From Vicinamibacterales bacterium (GTDB lineage Bacteria > Acidobacteriota > Vicinamibacteria > Vicinamibacterales > UBA823), in NCBI GenBank assembly GCA_965197385.1, contig CBDANA010000007.1, positions 68,054 through 132,053 of the forward strand: 64,000 bases of DNA, written 5' to 3'. The notes under the pieces were generated by a model, which searched no databases, was not told the origin of the DNA, and saw only the letters and a program-made list of their open reading frames with translations. The position numbers were made by a program, and so were the translations under genes. Each line of letters starts with the position of its first letter. Within the stretch, counting starts at the first letter, position 1. Positions 34,248 through 44,970 of this stretch are shown piece by piece.

Positions 34248-34813
34248 CGACCTGGTTTGCCTCCTCGCGCGGGGCGCTGGCCCCGCTGGCCGCTGCGGTC
34301 CTGCTGCTGGCAGCCGGCGGCCGGCCGGCGCGGGCGCAGTGCCCGACCTGGGACGATCTGCGAGCGGCTGAACTTCTCATCGATCTCACGATCGCCGATC
34401 CGAACATGGCCGGTCTTCGGCTGTGGCTGGTGTACATCAGCCCGGAGACGCTGGGACGGTGCACGCTCGGCGACGCGCGCTTCGAAACGTTGACGCCGGC
34501 GCTCTCCGCCGGCGACAACCGCCACCTGTTCTGGATCGGCGCCAAAGGTCCGGCGCTTCATCTGTTTCGGCTGGAACGGATCTACATGATCCAGTCGGAC
34601 CGCCGACTCGACGTTGTGGAGAGCGTCGAACTCGACACCCCGGCAGCGACCCTGCAGGGTATTCCGCCGCTGACAGCGGAGGCGATCGTCGCGGTCGAGG
34701 GCATCCTGGACTTCGCCGAGCCAGCCACGATTTTCTACGAGGGCATCATGGGCGCGGTGCCGGGTGAATACTGGTTCGATGGCCTCCTGCCGACTGATGA
34801 CCCCGGCCGCTGA
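34244..34813 (+). CDS. secreted hypothetical protein
   Basis: Signal peptide (LAPLAAAVLLLAAGGRPARAQC). A 4-nt overlap with the FMN-binding gene suggests co-translation. No family recognised. Confidence 0.5.
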   Translation: MTTWFASSRGALAPLAAAVLLLAAGGRPARAQCPTWDDLRAAELLIDLTIADPNMAGLRLWLVYISPETLGRCTLGDARFETLTPALSAGDNRHLFWIGAKGPALHLFRLERIYMIQSDRRLDVVESVELDTPAATLQGIPPLTAEAIVAVEGILDFAEPATIFYEGIMGAVPGEYWFDGLLPTDDPGR

Positions 34814-34920
34814 ACGTCCCGGCGGTTCGGTTCGTATTGTGAGTACCTGGGACCGTGGACGCGCGGCGCGTGGTGCGCCGCTGAAGCCACGCGCCCCCAG
34901 CCCTGACGGAGGCTGCACCG

Positions 34921-35859
34921 ATGAAGATCGTGATTCCCGGAGGATCGGGGTTTCTTGGCCGGGCGCTCTGTGACGCGCTCCTGCAGGACGGGTACGAGGT
35001 CGTCATCCTGACCCGGGCCCTGGACCCCGGCGTCGTCGTCCACGAAGCGGGGACCGGCTTGCCTGGGCTCAGCAACGCTGGCTGGAAGCCGGACGGCACC
35101 GACGGCGTGGGCCTGTGGGCCAAGTTGCTCGACGGCGCCGACGCGATCGTGAACCTCGCAGGCGAGCCGATCGTCGCGCGGCGCTGGTCGGCCGCCCAGA
35201 AAACGAGAATTCGCGACAGCCGTGTGCTCGGGACCCGGTCGATCGTCGGCGCCATCCAGGCCGTGACACATTCGCCAGCTGTCCTCGTCAACGCGTCGGC
35301 GATCGGCATCTACGGCGACCGCGGAGACGAAGAACTGACGGAGGCCTCGGCCGCCGGCGACGACTTCTTGGCCCAGACCTGTCTCGACTGGGAGGCCGAA
35401 GCGCGGGAGGCGGAGGCACACGTGGGGCGCCTCGCCATTCTGCGATGCGGGATCGCCCTCGAGGCAGACGGCGGAGCCCTGGTGAAGATGCTGCCGCCGT
35501 TCAAGGCTTTCGTCGGCGGGCCGCTGGGCACCGGCCAACAGTACATGTCGTGGATCCACCGGGCCGACTGGGTGGACCTGATGCGATGGGTCCTCGCCAC
35601 GAAAACGGCGTCCGGCATCTTCAACGCCACGGCGCCGGCTCCGGTGACGAACGCCGCGTTCTCGAAGGCGCTTGGCCGGGCGCTCGGCCGCCCGAGCCTG
35701 CTGCCGGCGCCGGCGTTCGCGTTGCGCCTGGCGCTGGGCGAAATGGCCGACGCATTGCTCCTGGGTGGACAGCGGGTGCTACCCTCCCGTGCGCAGGAGC
35801 TCGGGTTCAACTTTCGGTTCTCGACGATCGACCACGCGCTCGTCTCGATCCTGCATTGA
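34921..35859 (+). CDS. TIGR01777-family (YfcH-like) NAD-dependent epimerase/dehydratase with DUF1731 C-terminus
   Basis: MKIVIPGGSGFLGRAL Rossmann N-terminus and a C-terminal ...LLGGQRVLPSRAQELGFNFRF tail typical of the family. Confidence 0.88.
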   Translation: MKIVIPGGSGFLGRALCDALLQDGYEVVILTRALDPGVVVHEAGTGLPGLSNAGWKPDGTDGVGLWAKLLDGADAIVNLAGEPIVARRWSAAQKTRIRDSRVLGTRSIVGAIQAVTHSPAVLVNASAIGIYGDRGDEELTEASAAGDDFLAQTCLDWEAEAREAEAHVGRLAILRCGIALEADGGALVKMLPPFKAFVGGPLGTGQQYMSWIHRADWVDLMRWVLATKTASGIFNATAPAPVTNAAFSKALGRALGRPSLLPAPAFALRLALGEMADALLLGGQRVLPSRAQELGFNFRFSTIDHALVSILH

Positions 35860-35865
35860 GGAACA

Positions 35866-35893
35866 GGCGTTCGGCCCTCGGCTTTCGGCTGAG
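35866..35893. repeat. heptamer block GGCNNTN x4 after a stop codon
   Basis: GGCGTTC GGCCCTC GGCTTTC GGCTGAG, starting 7 nt after the TGA of the TIGR01777 gene. Confidence 0.55.
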
Positions 35894-35951
35894 AATTGCT
35901 AGCTGAGTCAAGACGGCCAGTCAATACGCCGGTGAGAATCCGAGATCGTGC

Positions 35952-35972
35952 CAGAGCCGAACGCCGAGAGTC
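35952..35972. repeat. inverted heptamer block (CAGAGCC GAACGCC GAGAGTC)
   Basis: Its reverse complement is GACTCTC GGCGTTC GGCTCTG, the same family as 35866..35893 and as the 10831 array. It ends 2 nt before the stop of the convergent PIG-L gene. Confidence 0.55.
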
Positions 35973-35974
35973 TT

Positions 35975-38634
35975 TTATGGCGCATCCGCCACGCTGATGA
36001 GATTCGCGAGCAGCCGGTAGGCGCCCTCCGTGCCGGCCGGTAGCTGGCGCCAGAGTCCCAGCGCCACGTAGAGCCACCGGCCCTGGCCAACGCGCGCTTC
36101 GACGAGCGCGCCGTGCTTCACGCCGCGGTTGTATTCGAACGGATCCTCCATCGCCAGCAGATCGACGTACTGCGGATCGCGCTCGCCGAGGAAATACAAG
36201 CCCCGCTCCTGCACCCACCCGTCCCAGACCGTGGCATCGAGCGCATTCGGTTCGTTGAACAGCGGGTGATTCGGCACGAGCACCTCGACCGGCGCGGCCT
36301 CGTCCGTGATTCGGTTCCGGCTCACTCGCGCCGGATACGGCCCGTACTGCGCGTCGTTGAAGCCGGATTTGTTGTACTGGACGATGACCGTCCCGCCGTC
36401 CTCGACGTAGCGCATCAACCGATCGTTGTGGGCCCTGAGATCGGCGTCGAGCTCGTAGGCGCGCTCGCCCGTGATGATGATGTCGTAGCGCCTCAGGTCG
36501 CCCCACACAAGATCGTCGCCGCTGAGCCGCTCGACACGGCCGCCTAGTTGTTCGATCGCGGTCGGCATCTGGTCGCCCGCCCCCATCACATACCCGACCA
36601 GGACGTCGGGCGCCACGACGACGTCGATGACCTTGATGCGTGTCGCCGCCGTCGTCGTCAGGTGACGCGGCTGAGTGTGCGGATACTCCACGACCTGATA
36701 GCCGCGATCGAACGTCGCACCGTCGCTCGTCACGCGCGCCCTGACCACGTACTCGCCGGGCGATGTCCCGGCGGAAGGCGTCACTAAGAAGTGCACGGCG
36801 CGCTTCTCGTCCTCGCAGTCGAACCGCACCGCCGCGGCGGACGGCTCCACCTGCCAGCCAGCCGGCACCTCCAGCCGCACGTCCGCCTCCGCCGGCTCCG
36901 GCGCCCGATTCGACACGAGCACGCGCAGCTCCCGAGGGGCGGCCTCACCACCGAACGTCGGCGCCACCGCGATCTCAGGTGACATCTCGACAACCAGCCG
37001 CGGCACGACGTGCAGCTCCATCCGCTTCTCGCCGCTGAAGATCTCCTGTTCGTACCGGTGCTGCACCGGCACCTGCACGGTGACCCGTTCACGCGTGAAC
37101 TCGATGGCGAAGCTCGCCACGAAGGGCGTCGGCTCGAACGGCAACCCGAACGGCGCATCGCCGTCGAAAGCGTAGCGCGCCACATCGGCCAATCGTGCAA
37201 AGTAGGGTGTCGTCGAATCGGCGTCCTGGGGAATCACCAGGTTGCTGTCACAGGTGTAGACGCCGCCGGCCGCGACCACGTCGGCGCCGCATCCGAGCGC
37301 CGCCCCGTCGAACCCGTCGAAGGTGACGCGCCGGACCGCGATGTCCACCGTTCCGCGGTTGGCGACCAACGCCGACACACGCACCGGTTGGCCGGGAGTG
37401 ACAACGTCATCGCCGGCGAGCGCCTCGACCCGCACGCCGTGCGCCAGGATCACCGCCCGTTCGTACTGCCGCTCCTTGGTCTCGAGCTTGAAGTCGATCT
37501 CGTACACCGCGTCGTCGCTCAAGCCGATCCTGCGCAGCCGCCCACGAAGGTTCCGGACCGCGGCCAGCCCCGCGATCAGCGACGGCCGGGTGGCATCCAT
37601 GCCGCCCTGCGCGAATCGTCGCTGCGCCTCCTGGGCGTGCCGTTCGAGACCGGTCAGCGCAAGCGTGAGGTCGCGCGGCGCGGTGGCCCCAGCATACTGG
37701 ATGAGCCCGCTGAGGCTGCTGTCGATGCCGTCGAACAGCGGCGCGTCGCCGGCGCCGTCGCGATGCTCGATGGCCGTGTCGGCCAGCACGTAGCGCGCCC
37801 GCGAATCGCCCGGCAGGCGAAGCAGTTGCGGCATGCCCTGACACTTGTGCATACTGCGGGCTTCGCTGCCGATCTGGGCATAGGTCCGGCCGAGCAGCGG
37901 GTCGAAGCCGCTCAGATCGATCGACTCGAAGTCGCCGTCATCGTCGGTCCCGCCGAGAAATCGGAAGCCGGTGCTGAAGTAGAACTTCTTCGCCTGCCAC
38001 GGATGCAGGCCCTCGGCCAACTGCTCGGGAAACCGCGTGGGATCCGCCGCCGCGCGAAACGCTTCCCGCGCCAGGACCGCCGACGCTTGATGATGCTGGC
38101 CGCCGCCCTGGCCGGTCGGCCGCAGTCCGGTAATCACGTCGGGCCGCAGCGTGCGGATCATCCTGACGAAGTCGCCGAGGATCTCCTCGCGGCCCCATCG
38201 CTCGAAGGTCTCCTCGATGCTGAACGAATAGCCGAAGTCGACGGCGCGCGTGAAATACTGCTCGGCCCCGTCGAACCGGTGGGCCGCCAGCAGTTCCTCA
38301 GTGCGCAACACAGCGAGCGCGTCGAACAACTCGGCCCCAATCTCGTTCTGCCCACCATCGCCACGGGTGGCCGAGACGAGCGCGGTGCGGATCCCTTTCC
38401 CGTGGCTCAGCAATGCGAGCAACGCGTTGTTCTCGTCATCGGGATGCGCCGTCGCCATCATGAAGGTGCCCACCGTGTCGAGCTTCCGCAGCATCAACCC
38501 GAGACCGGCGTGGCCCTCTTCGTCGGCCACCGGCCGGACCTGCATCTGGGCAGCGACGGACGGCGCCGCCAGCCAGGCCGCCGCCAGCATCACCGAGAGT
38601 CTTCGGATCATCATAGGAATCCTTCGGCTATACC

Positions 38635-38638
<4 letters not shown>
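35975..38638 (-). CDS. large secreted PIG-L/LmbE-family deacetylase domain protein (887 aa)
   Basis: Signal peptide and the PIG-L motif MMATAHPDDENNALLALL...ATRGDGGQNEIG. The long C-terminal region ends in a GATase1/ThuA-like segment (YDIIITGERAY...GGTVIVQYNK). Confidence 0.85.
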
Positions 38639-39779
<1,141 letters not shown>

Positions 39780-39783
<4 letters not shown>

Positions 39784-40493
39784 GCACCCGCCTCATCGAC
39801 TCGCAGGAGCCCGGCACGCACGATCGGCTCGGTGACGACCAGCCCCTCACCGAACGACACGCCCAGCCTCGCGCCGAACTGCTCGTCGCGGGATTCCACC
39901 AGGCGGAGGAACGCGGCTGAGGTCAGCCGGGTCGGGACCGCGCCGTCCGAGGGCGCCTCGAACTGGGAGCGATGGCACCGCAGTGCGCGCCGCTTGATCT
40001 CATACTGCGCCGACACGTCGACGACGAACGATGCCGGGCCGCTGTCGTTGATGAAGTAGTAGCAGACCCAGTCGGGCCGAAAGGGCTCGCCCTCCAAGTC
40101 CGCCCGCCGAAGTCCAGCGCGAAATGCCGCCGCCGTCACGAGGCGGCTGGCCCCGACATGGTCCGGGTGGCGGTCCTCCCAGTAGGGCCCGGCCACGGTC
40201 CGCGGCCGGGCCAGACGGATCAGCTCCGCCACGGCGCGCACCTGATCCGGCTCGTCTCTCAGCCCGCCGTCGGGTAACCCGAGGTTCTCGCGCCAGGTGG
40301 CACCGAGCACCTGTAGGGCGGCGTCCGCTTCGGCGCGCCGCTGCTCGACCGTGCCGTTGCTGCCCAGCTCACCTCGCGTCAGGTCGCACAATCCCACCTG
40401 CTGTCCCGCCTGGACGTGCTTGGCGAGCGTGCCGCCGATACCGATCTCGATGTCGTCCGGATGCGGCCCGAAGGCCAGCAGGTCGACCTGCAT
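39780..40493 (-). CDS. bshB1: bacillithiol biosynthesis deacetylase
   Basis: LLAFGPHPDDIEIGIGGTLAKH...GLCDLTRGELGSNGT...YWEDRHPDH matches BshB1. It sits directly upstream of bshA with a 4-nt overlap, as in Firmicutes. Confidence 0.88.
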
Positions 40494-40508
40494 GGGGTGA
40501 GCGGTCGG

Positions 40509-41732
40509 CTAGCGTGTGAAGCCGAGCAGCTCGTCTCCTTTGACCGACTCGCCCAGGTAGTGCCGCAGCAGTACGCGCGACGCCAGGAATCCCTGCGCCA
40601 GCCCGTTGCCACCGAAGCCGAGCGCAAAAAGATGACGCGGGTAGTTGCGGTGCGGCCCCACGTAGGGCAGGCCGTCGGCCGTGCCGACCGAGGGTCCGGT
40701 CCAGGCATACTCCGGCTGGATGCCGGAGATGACGGGATACAGCACCGACAGTTCGTACATCAGCTGGCCGGTACGCTGCACGAGCGTCTTCTCGCGCCGC
40801 TGCCGATGGGGTGGCGGCTGATCGCCGCCGCCGAAGATGATCCGGTCGTCGCGTGTCCACCGCAGGTAGTGGTACGGGTCAGCGGTATCCCACAGCATGG
40901 CCCGGCGCCGCCCGAGCTCGGCGCGAATCCTGGCGCCCAGCGGCGGCGTGGCAACGGCGTAGGTGTCGAAGGCACGGAAATGCCGTGCCAGCGGCTTGAG
41001 CAGCGCACCCGGATGTCCGGTCGCGATCACGACGTGGTCCGCCGCGACCGTGCTGCCAGCCGTCCGCAGCTCGACCGTCGAACGCCCAACCGCGATCCGA
41101 TCCACCGGCGACCGCTCGAACACCGCCGCGCCGCGCTTGACGGCAGCCGTCGCCAGGCCCAGGCAGGCGCGGAACGGGTCGATCTGGGTGTTGCCTGCCA
41201 TCCGGATAGCACCCTCGGCACGCAGGTTCGTCTCTCGACGCATCTGCTCGGCCGTCAGCCAGCGGACGTCGAGACCGGCCTTCCGCCGCGCGTCGTACTC
41301 GCGGCGCAGCCGCTTCACCGTGTTCGGATCGGTCGTGAAGTAGATCGAGTCCTGCGCCTCGAGCTGACACTGAATCTTGAGCCGGCGCAGCATCGCGCCC
41401 AGATCGAGCGCCGCGCGGCGCGTCATCTGCCAGACGGCCCGGGCGGCGCGCAACCCGTGCGCGGCCAGCAGCGGCTGGAAGTCGACCTCCGGCTCCTGCA
41501 TCACCAGCGCCGTGCTCGAGCCGATCGCGCCCTGTCCCACCTGCGTCGCCTCGAGCAGCGCGACCCGGGCGCCGGCCGCAGACAGGGCGTAGGCCGTCGC
41601 ACACCCGGCCATTCCGCCGCCCACGATCGCGACCTCGACCTCGAGGCGGCCACGCTGTCTCGGATAGGCCGTGCGGCGGCGCCGCGGCAGGCGATCAACC
41701 CAGTACGACAGGCCGTAACGGATCTTCGGCAT
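40509..41732 (-). CDS. FAD-dependent oxidoreductase (DAO family)
   Basis: VAIVGGGMAGCATAYALSAAGARVALLE dinucleotide fold; about 400 aa with the DAO-like layout. Confidence 0.85.
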   Translation of the reverse strand: MPKIRYGLSYWVDRLPRRRRTAYPRQRGRLEVEVAIVGGGMAGCATAYALSAAGARVALLEATQVGQGAIGSSTALVMQEPEVDFQPLLAAHGLRAARAVWQMTRRAALDLGAMLRRLKIQCQLEAQDSIYFTTDPNTVKRLRREYDARRKAGLDVRWLTAEQMRRETNLRAEGAIRMAGNTQIDPFRACLGLATAAVKRGAAVFERSPVDRIAVGRSTVELRTAGSTVAADHVVIATGHPGALLKPLARHFRAFDTYAVATPPLGARIRAELGRRRAMLWDTADPYHYLRWTRDDRIIFGGGDQPPPHRQRREKTLVQRTGQLMYELSVLYPVISGIQPEYAWTGPSVGTADGLPYVGPHRNYPRHLFALGFGGNGLAQGFLASRVLLRHYLGESVKGDELLGFTR

Positions 41733-41809
41733 TGGCGTCAGCAGTTCATTGTATATGCGAACCAGCTGGCCCGGTGACCGGCGCTATACTGGTGGCGGGC
41801 CCCATTCAC

Positions 41810-42730
41810 ATGCACGTGCCGTGGTCGACCGGGATCGGGCAAGCCCTCACCGGGCTGTCGATGGGGTGTGCCGTCTCGATCGCCGGGAGCGGCTTAGCAG
41901 CCCAGGAAGACCGACCGTTACCGGACGCCGAGTCGTTCCTGAAAGAGGTGCGGGCGAATCTCCAGCTCGACAACGACATCCTCGACGGCTACACCTACCT
42001 CGAACGCCGCACCGACGCCGACATCGGCTTCTTCGGCGGCGTGGGCACCAAGCCCCCGAAGCTCTATCGTGTCTACCGATCCCGCGAGGTCGACATGTTC
42101 TACCGGCGACTGCTCGAAGTGGATGGTGAGCCGATCAGCGACGAGGAGCTCATCCTGCAAGATCGCCGGCACCGGGCGGAGCAGTTCAAGGCGGCGCGCG
42201 AGCGGGCGCGCGAGAGCGAAAAAGATCGCGCCAAGCGTCTCAACAAGGCGGCCGAAGCGGCAAAAGAACGCCGCGACATGATGACGGAGGTCCTGGGACT
42301 GTTCGACTACCGGCTCGAACACCGGGAGCAGCTCGATGGTCGACCGACGATCGTCGTCAGCTTCACGCCGCGCGCCAACGTCGATCCGAAGACCCGGCCG
42401 GGCAAGATCCTCGCGAAGTCGGCGGGACGAGCCTGGGTGGCCGAGGACGACCGTCAGATGATCCGGGTCGAGGCCAAGGCAACAAGCGACATCACGATCG
42501 GCTTCGGCCTCATCGCCCGGCTGCACAAGGGCAGCCGTATTGACGTCAGACGCACGCAGGTCCGCAACCACTGGCTCCCGGCCGGCTTCGACTTCACCGG
42601 CAGCGGGCGGACGCTCCTCTTCCGGACGTTCCAGGTCGACGTCAACGCCGCCTATTCCGACTACGAGCCGTTCACGGCCGACATGCTGCCCTACGAGCCG
42701 GTCGACGCGAGGGAGACACAATCGCGGTGA
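41810..42730 (+). CDS. secreted hypothetical protein (distant paralog of 47328..48182)
   Basis: The start is set at MHVPWSTGIGQALTGLSMGCAVSIAGSGLAAQ (signal peptide). It shares ordered motifs with 47328..48182 (EVDGEP, GRPT-V, GR-W-, W-P). Confidence 0.6.
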   Translation: MHVPWSTGIGQALTGLSMGCAVSIAGSGLAAQEDRPLPDAESFLKEVRANLQLDNDILDGYTYLERRTDADIGFFGGVGTKPPKLYRVYRSREVDMFYRRLLEVDGEPISDEELILQDRRHRAEQFKAARERARESEKDRAKRLNKAAEAAKERRDMMTEVLGLFDYRLEHREQLDGRPTIVVSFTPRANVDPKTRPGKILAKSAGRAWVAEDDRQMIRVEAKATSDITIGFGLIARLHKGSRIDVRRTQVRNHWLPAGFDFTGSGRTLLFRTFQVDVNAAYSDYEPFTADMLPYEPVDARETQSR

Positions 42731-42778
42731 GCGCTCCGGCTCAGGTTTTCCTGTCCGGTTTGTTCGAACGCGGTACCG

Positions 42779-44944
42779 TCAGCGCTCGAGAATCTCGATC
42801 GTCTCGATCACAGCCCCTTCGAGGATCGCATCCACGGCGTCCATGCCGCGCGTGACCCGCGCGAACACCGTGTAGTTGTGGTCGAGACGAGGATTATCAG
42901 CGAGGTCGATGAAGATCTGCGCATCCCCGGTGTCGCGGCCGCGCGTGGAGATGCCGACGGAGCCGCGCAGGTGCGGGCGCAGGCTGAGCTCGTCGCGCAT
43001 GTAGGGGCCGTCTCCCATGAACTCGTTGGCGCCCGGGCTGCCGCCCTGGATGACGAAGTTCGGGACGACCCGATGAAACGTGAGACCATCGTAGTAGCCG
43101 TCGCGCGCGAGGCGCGCGAAGCGGGCCACGGTGGCGGGCGTCTCTTCAGGGAATAGGTCCATCTCGAACACCGAGCCGCTTGCCATCCGAACGCGCGCGC
43201 CAGTCAGACCGAGGAGCGCGGCGAGCGACGGCGCGGCTCCCGACCGCATGCGCTCGGTCACCGCTTCAGCCGGACGTCCGGTCCACTCGGTCAGCGCCGC
43301 GGCAGCGGCGGCGGCCACGCGTGGATCGACATCTTCCAGATACGACCGAAGAACGCCGGCGTTGCGGCGGGAGCCGAGCTCCCGGAGCCGCGTGAGAATC
43401 GCCACGCGCGGATCTCGCGACGTATCGCGATCGGCTTCGGTGAGTCGGGCCAGGACGGCGAGTAGCACCGTCGGGGCGCGCCGATCGGGGCTGCCCTCGA
43501 GTAACCCGGCGACCGAGCGGAGCAGGCCGTAATCATCACTGGCCATCGCCTCGAGGAGCTGCCCGTCGGCGGCGTGCCCTTCGATCTCCACGAGGCCGTG
43601 CAGTGCGGCCGCTCGGACGTTGGCGTTCGGATCATCGGCCAGCGCGTGCAGCGCCTCGACGGCAGGGTCGCCCAGCGCGCCGGCCGCCCGGGCCGCGTAC
43701 ATACGAGCCTGCCAGACTAGGTGGTCGACGAACCGCGACAGGAGCGTCGCAGCTCGATCGGGGTCGAGCCGGGCCAAGGCCACAATCGCGTGGGCTGGCC
43801 GATGCCAGTCGTCGCCGCCATCGGATCCGGCATCCACGAACCGCCCGGCCGCCCGCGCCACGAGGCTGGCCGCTGACGCGCCGTCCCGACAACCCGCACC
43901 GAGCAGATCCATCGCCCGCAAAGCGACGTGCGCGTTTGAATCGTCTCCGGCCGAGACCAGTGGAGCGCAGCTCTGCACCCGGCCGTACTCCGCGAATGCT
44001 CCCAGTGCGTCATAGCGGACCATCGGCGACTCGTCCGCCAGCGCTCGGCCGATGAGCGCGTCACGCGCGTCGATCTCGTCGGCGTCACGTAGGGCCAGCA
44101 CCGCCAATCGGCGCACCTGTGGATCGTTGTCGTCGAGCGCGGCGCCCACGGTCGCCTGGTCCGCACCGCCGCTGGCGATCAGGGCCGACAACGCCAGCCG
44201 CCGCGTCCGCCCGGCCACCTCTCCCGTCCCCGGTGCACGCGCAGCCGCCCGTAGGCGCTCGAGCGTCTCGGCAGTCAAGGGCCCTCGCTCACGCTGCAGA
44301 CGAGCCAGCGATTCCAAGCCGTTGACCGCGCCCAACCGAACCTCCAGCTCAGCCGCATCCGTCAGACTCGCCAGCGCGGCTTCGACCTCGTGCACCCTGT
44401 CCGTATCCTGATACGGCAGTCGGCCGAGCGTCTCGGCGACGACACCGCGCACGTAGGGATCGGCCTCGGCGTCAGCGCCGTCTGCGTCTTCAAGGCGTCC
44501 GATCAGCGTCGTGACGTGCGCCCCGAGCTCACCGCCGCGCTGCACGCTCTGGCCGAGCGCGTTCACCGCCTCGGCCCTGACTGCCCGTGGGGCGTCGTCG
44601 ATGAGCTGGACAATGCGGTCGCTCAGGTCGGCGCGCTCGAGGCGGCCGAGTGCCCGGACGGCCAGACGGCGAATCTCCGGGTCAGGGCTCTCGAGGCCGG
44701 CCAGCAGCGTCGCGAGGCCGGCCGGATCCGCCCCGCGAGAATCCTCCGCTTCGAACATCGACTGACGGAACGCCAGGTCGCCCCCGCCGCCGGCCGACTG
44801 CCGCTGTACAACCGAGGAAACGGACAGGCCGCCGGCAATAGAGACGACAGACGCGACGGAGACGATGAGGGTTAGGGCCGCCGTCACGGGCGCGCAGAAC
44901 TTACGCGCGCATTGCGATACGTCGCGTCGAACCAGGGGCATCAT
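42779..44944 (-). CDS. membrane-anchored HEAT-repeat protein fused to a C-terminal cyclophilin-type peptidyl-prolyl isomerase
   Basis: The start is MMPLVRRD... at 44944, followed by a TM helix (VTAALTLIVSVASVVSIAG). Repeated D/E-P-x-V-R-x-x-A HEAT-like units follow. The C-terminus is FHRVVPNFVIQGGSPG...TVFARVTRGMDAVDAI (cyclophilin). Confidence 0.85.
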   Translation of the reverse strand: MMPLVRRDVSQCARKFCAPVTAALTLIVSVASVVSIAGGLSVSSVVQRQSAGGGGDLAFRQSMFEAEDSRGADPAGLATLLAGLESPDPEIRRLAVRALGRLERADLSDRIVQLIDDAPRAVRAEAVNALGQSVQRGGELGAHVTTLIGRLEDADGADAEADPYVRGVVAETLGRLPYQDTDRVHEVEAALASLTDAAELEVRLGAVNGLESLARLQRERGPLTAETLERLRAAARAPGTGEVAGRTRRLALSALIASGGADQATVGAALDDNDPQVRRLAVLALRDADEIDARDALIGRALADESPMVRYDALGAFAEYGRVQSCAPLVSAGDDSNAHVALRAMDLLGAGCRDGASAASLVARAAGRFVDAGSDGGDDWHRPAHAIVALARLDPDRAATLLSRFVDHLVWQARMYAARAAGALGDPAVEALHALADDPNANVRAAALHGLVEIEGHAADGQLLEAMASDDYGLLRSVAGLLEGSPDRRAPTVLLAVLARLTEADRDTSRDPRVAILTRLRELGSRRNAGVLRSYLEDVDPRVAAAAAAALTEWTGRPAEAVTERMRSGAAPSLAALLGLTGARVRMASGSVFEMDLFPEETPATVARFARLARDGYYDGLTFHRVVPNFVIQGGSPGANEFMGDGPYMRDELSLRPHLRGSVGISTRGRDTGDAQIFIDLADNPRLDHNYTVFARVTRGMDAVDAILEGAVIETIEILER

Positions 44945-44970
44945 CGGCGGAGGCTCCGCGGCGCGCCGTC

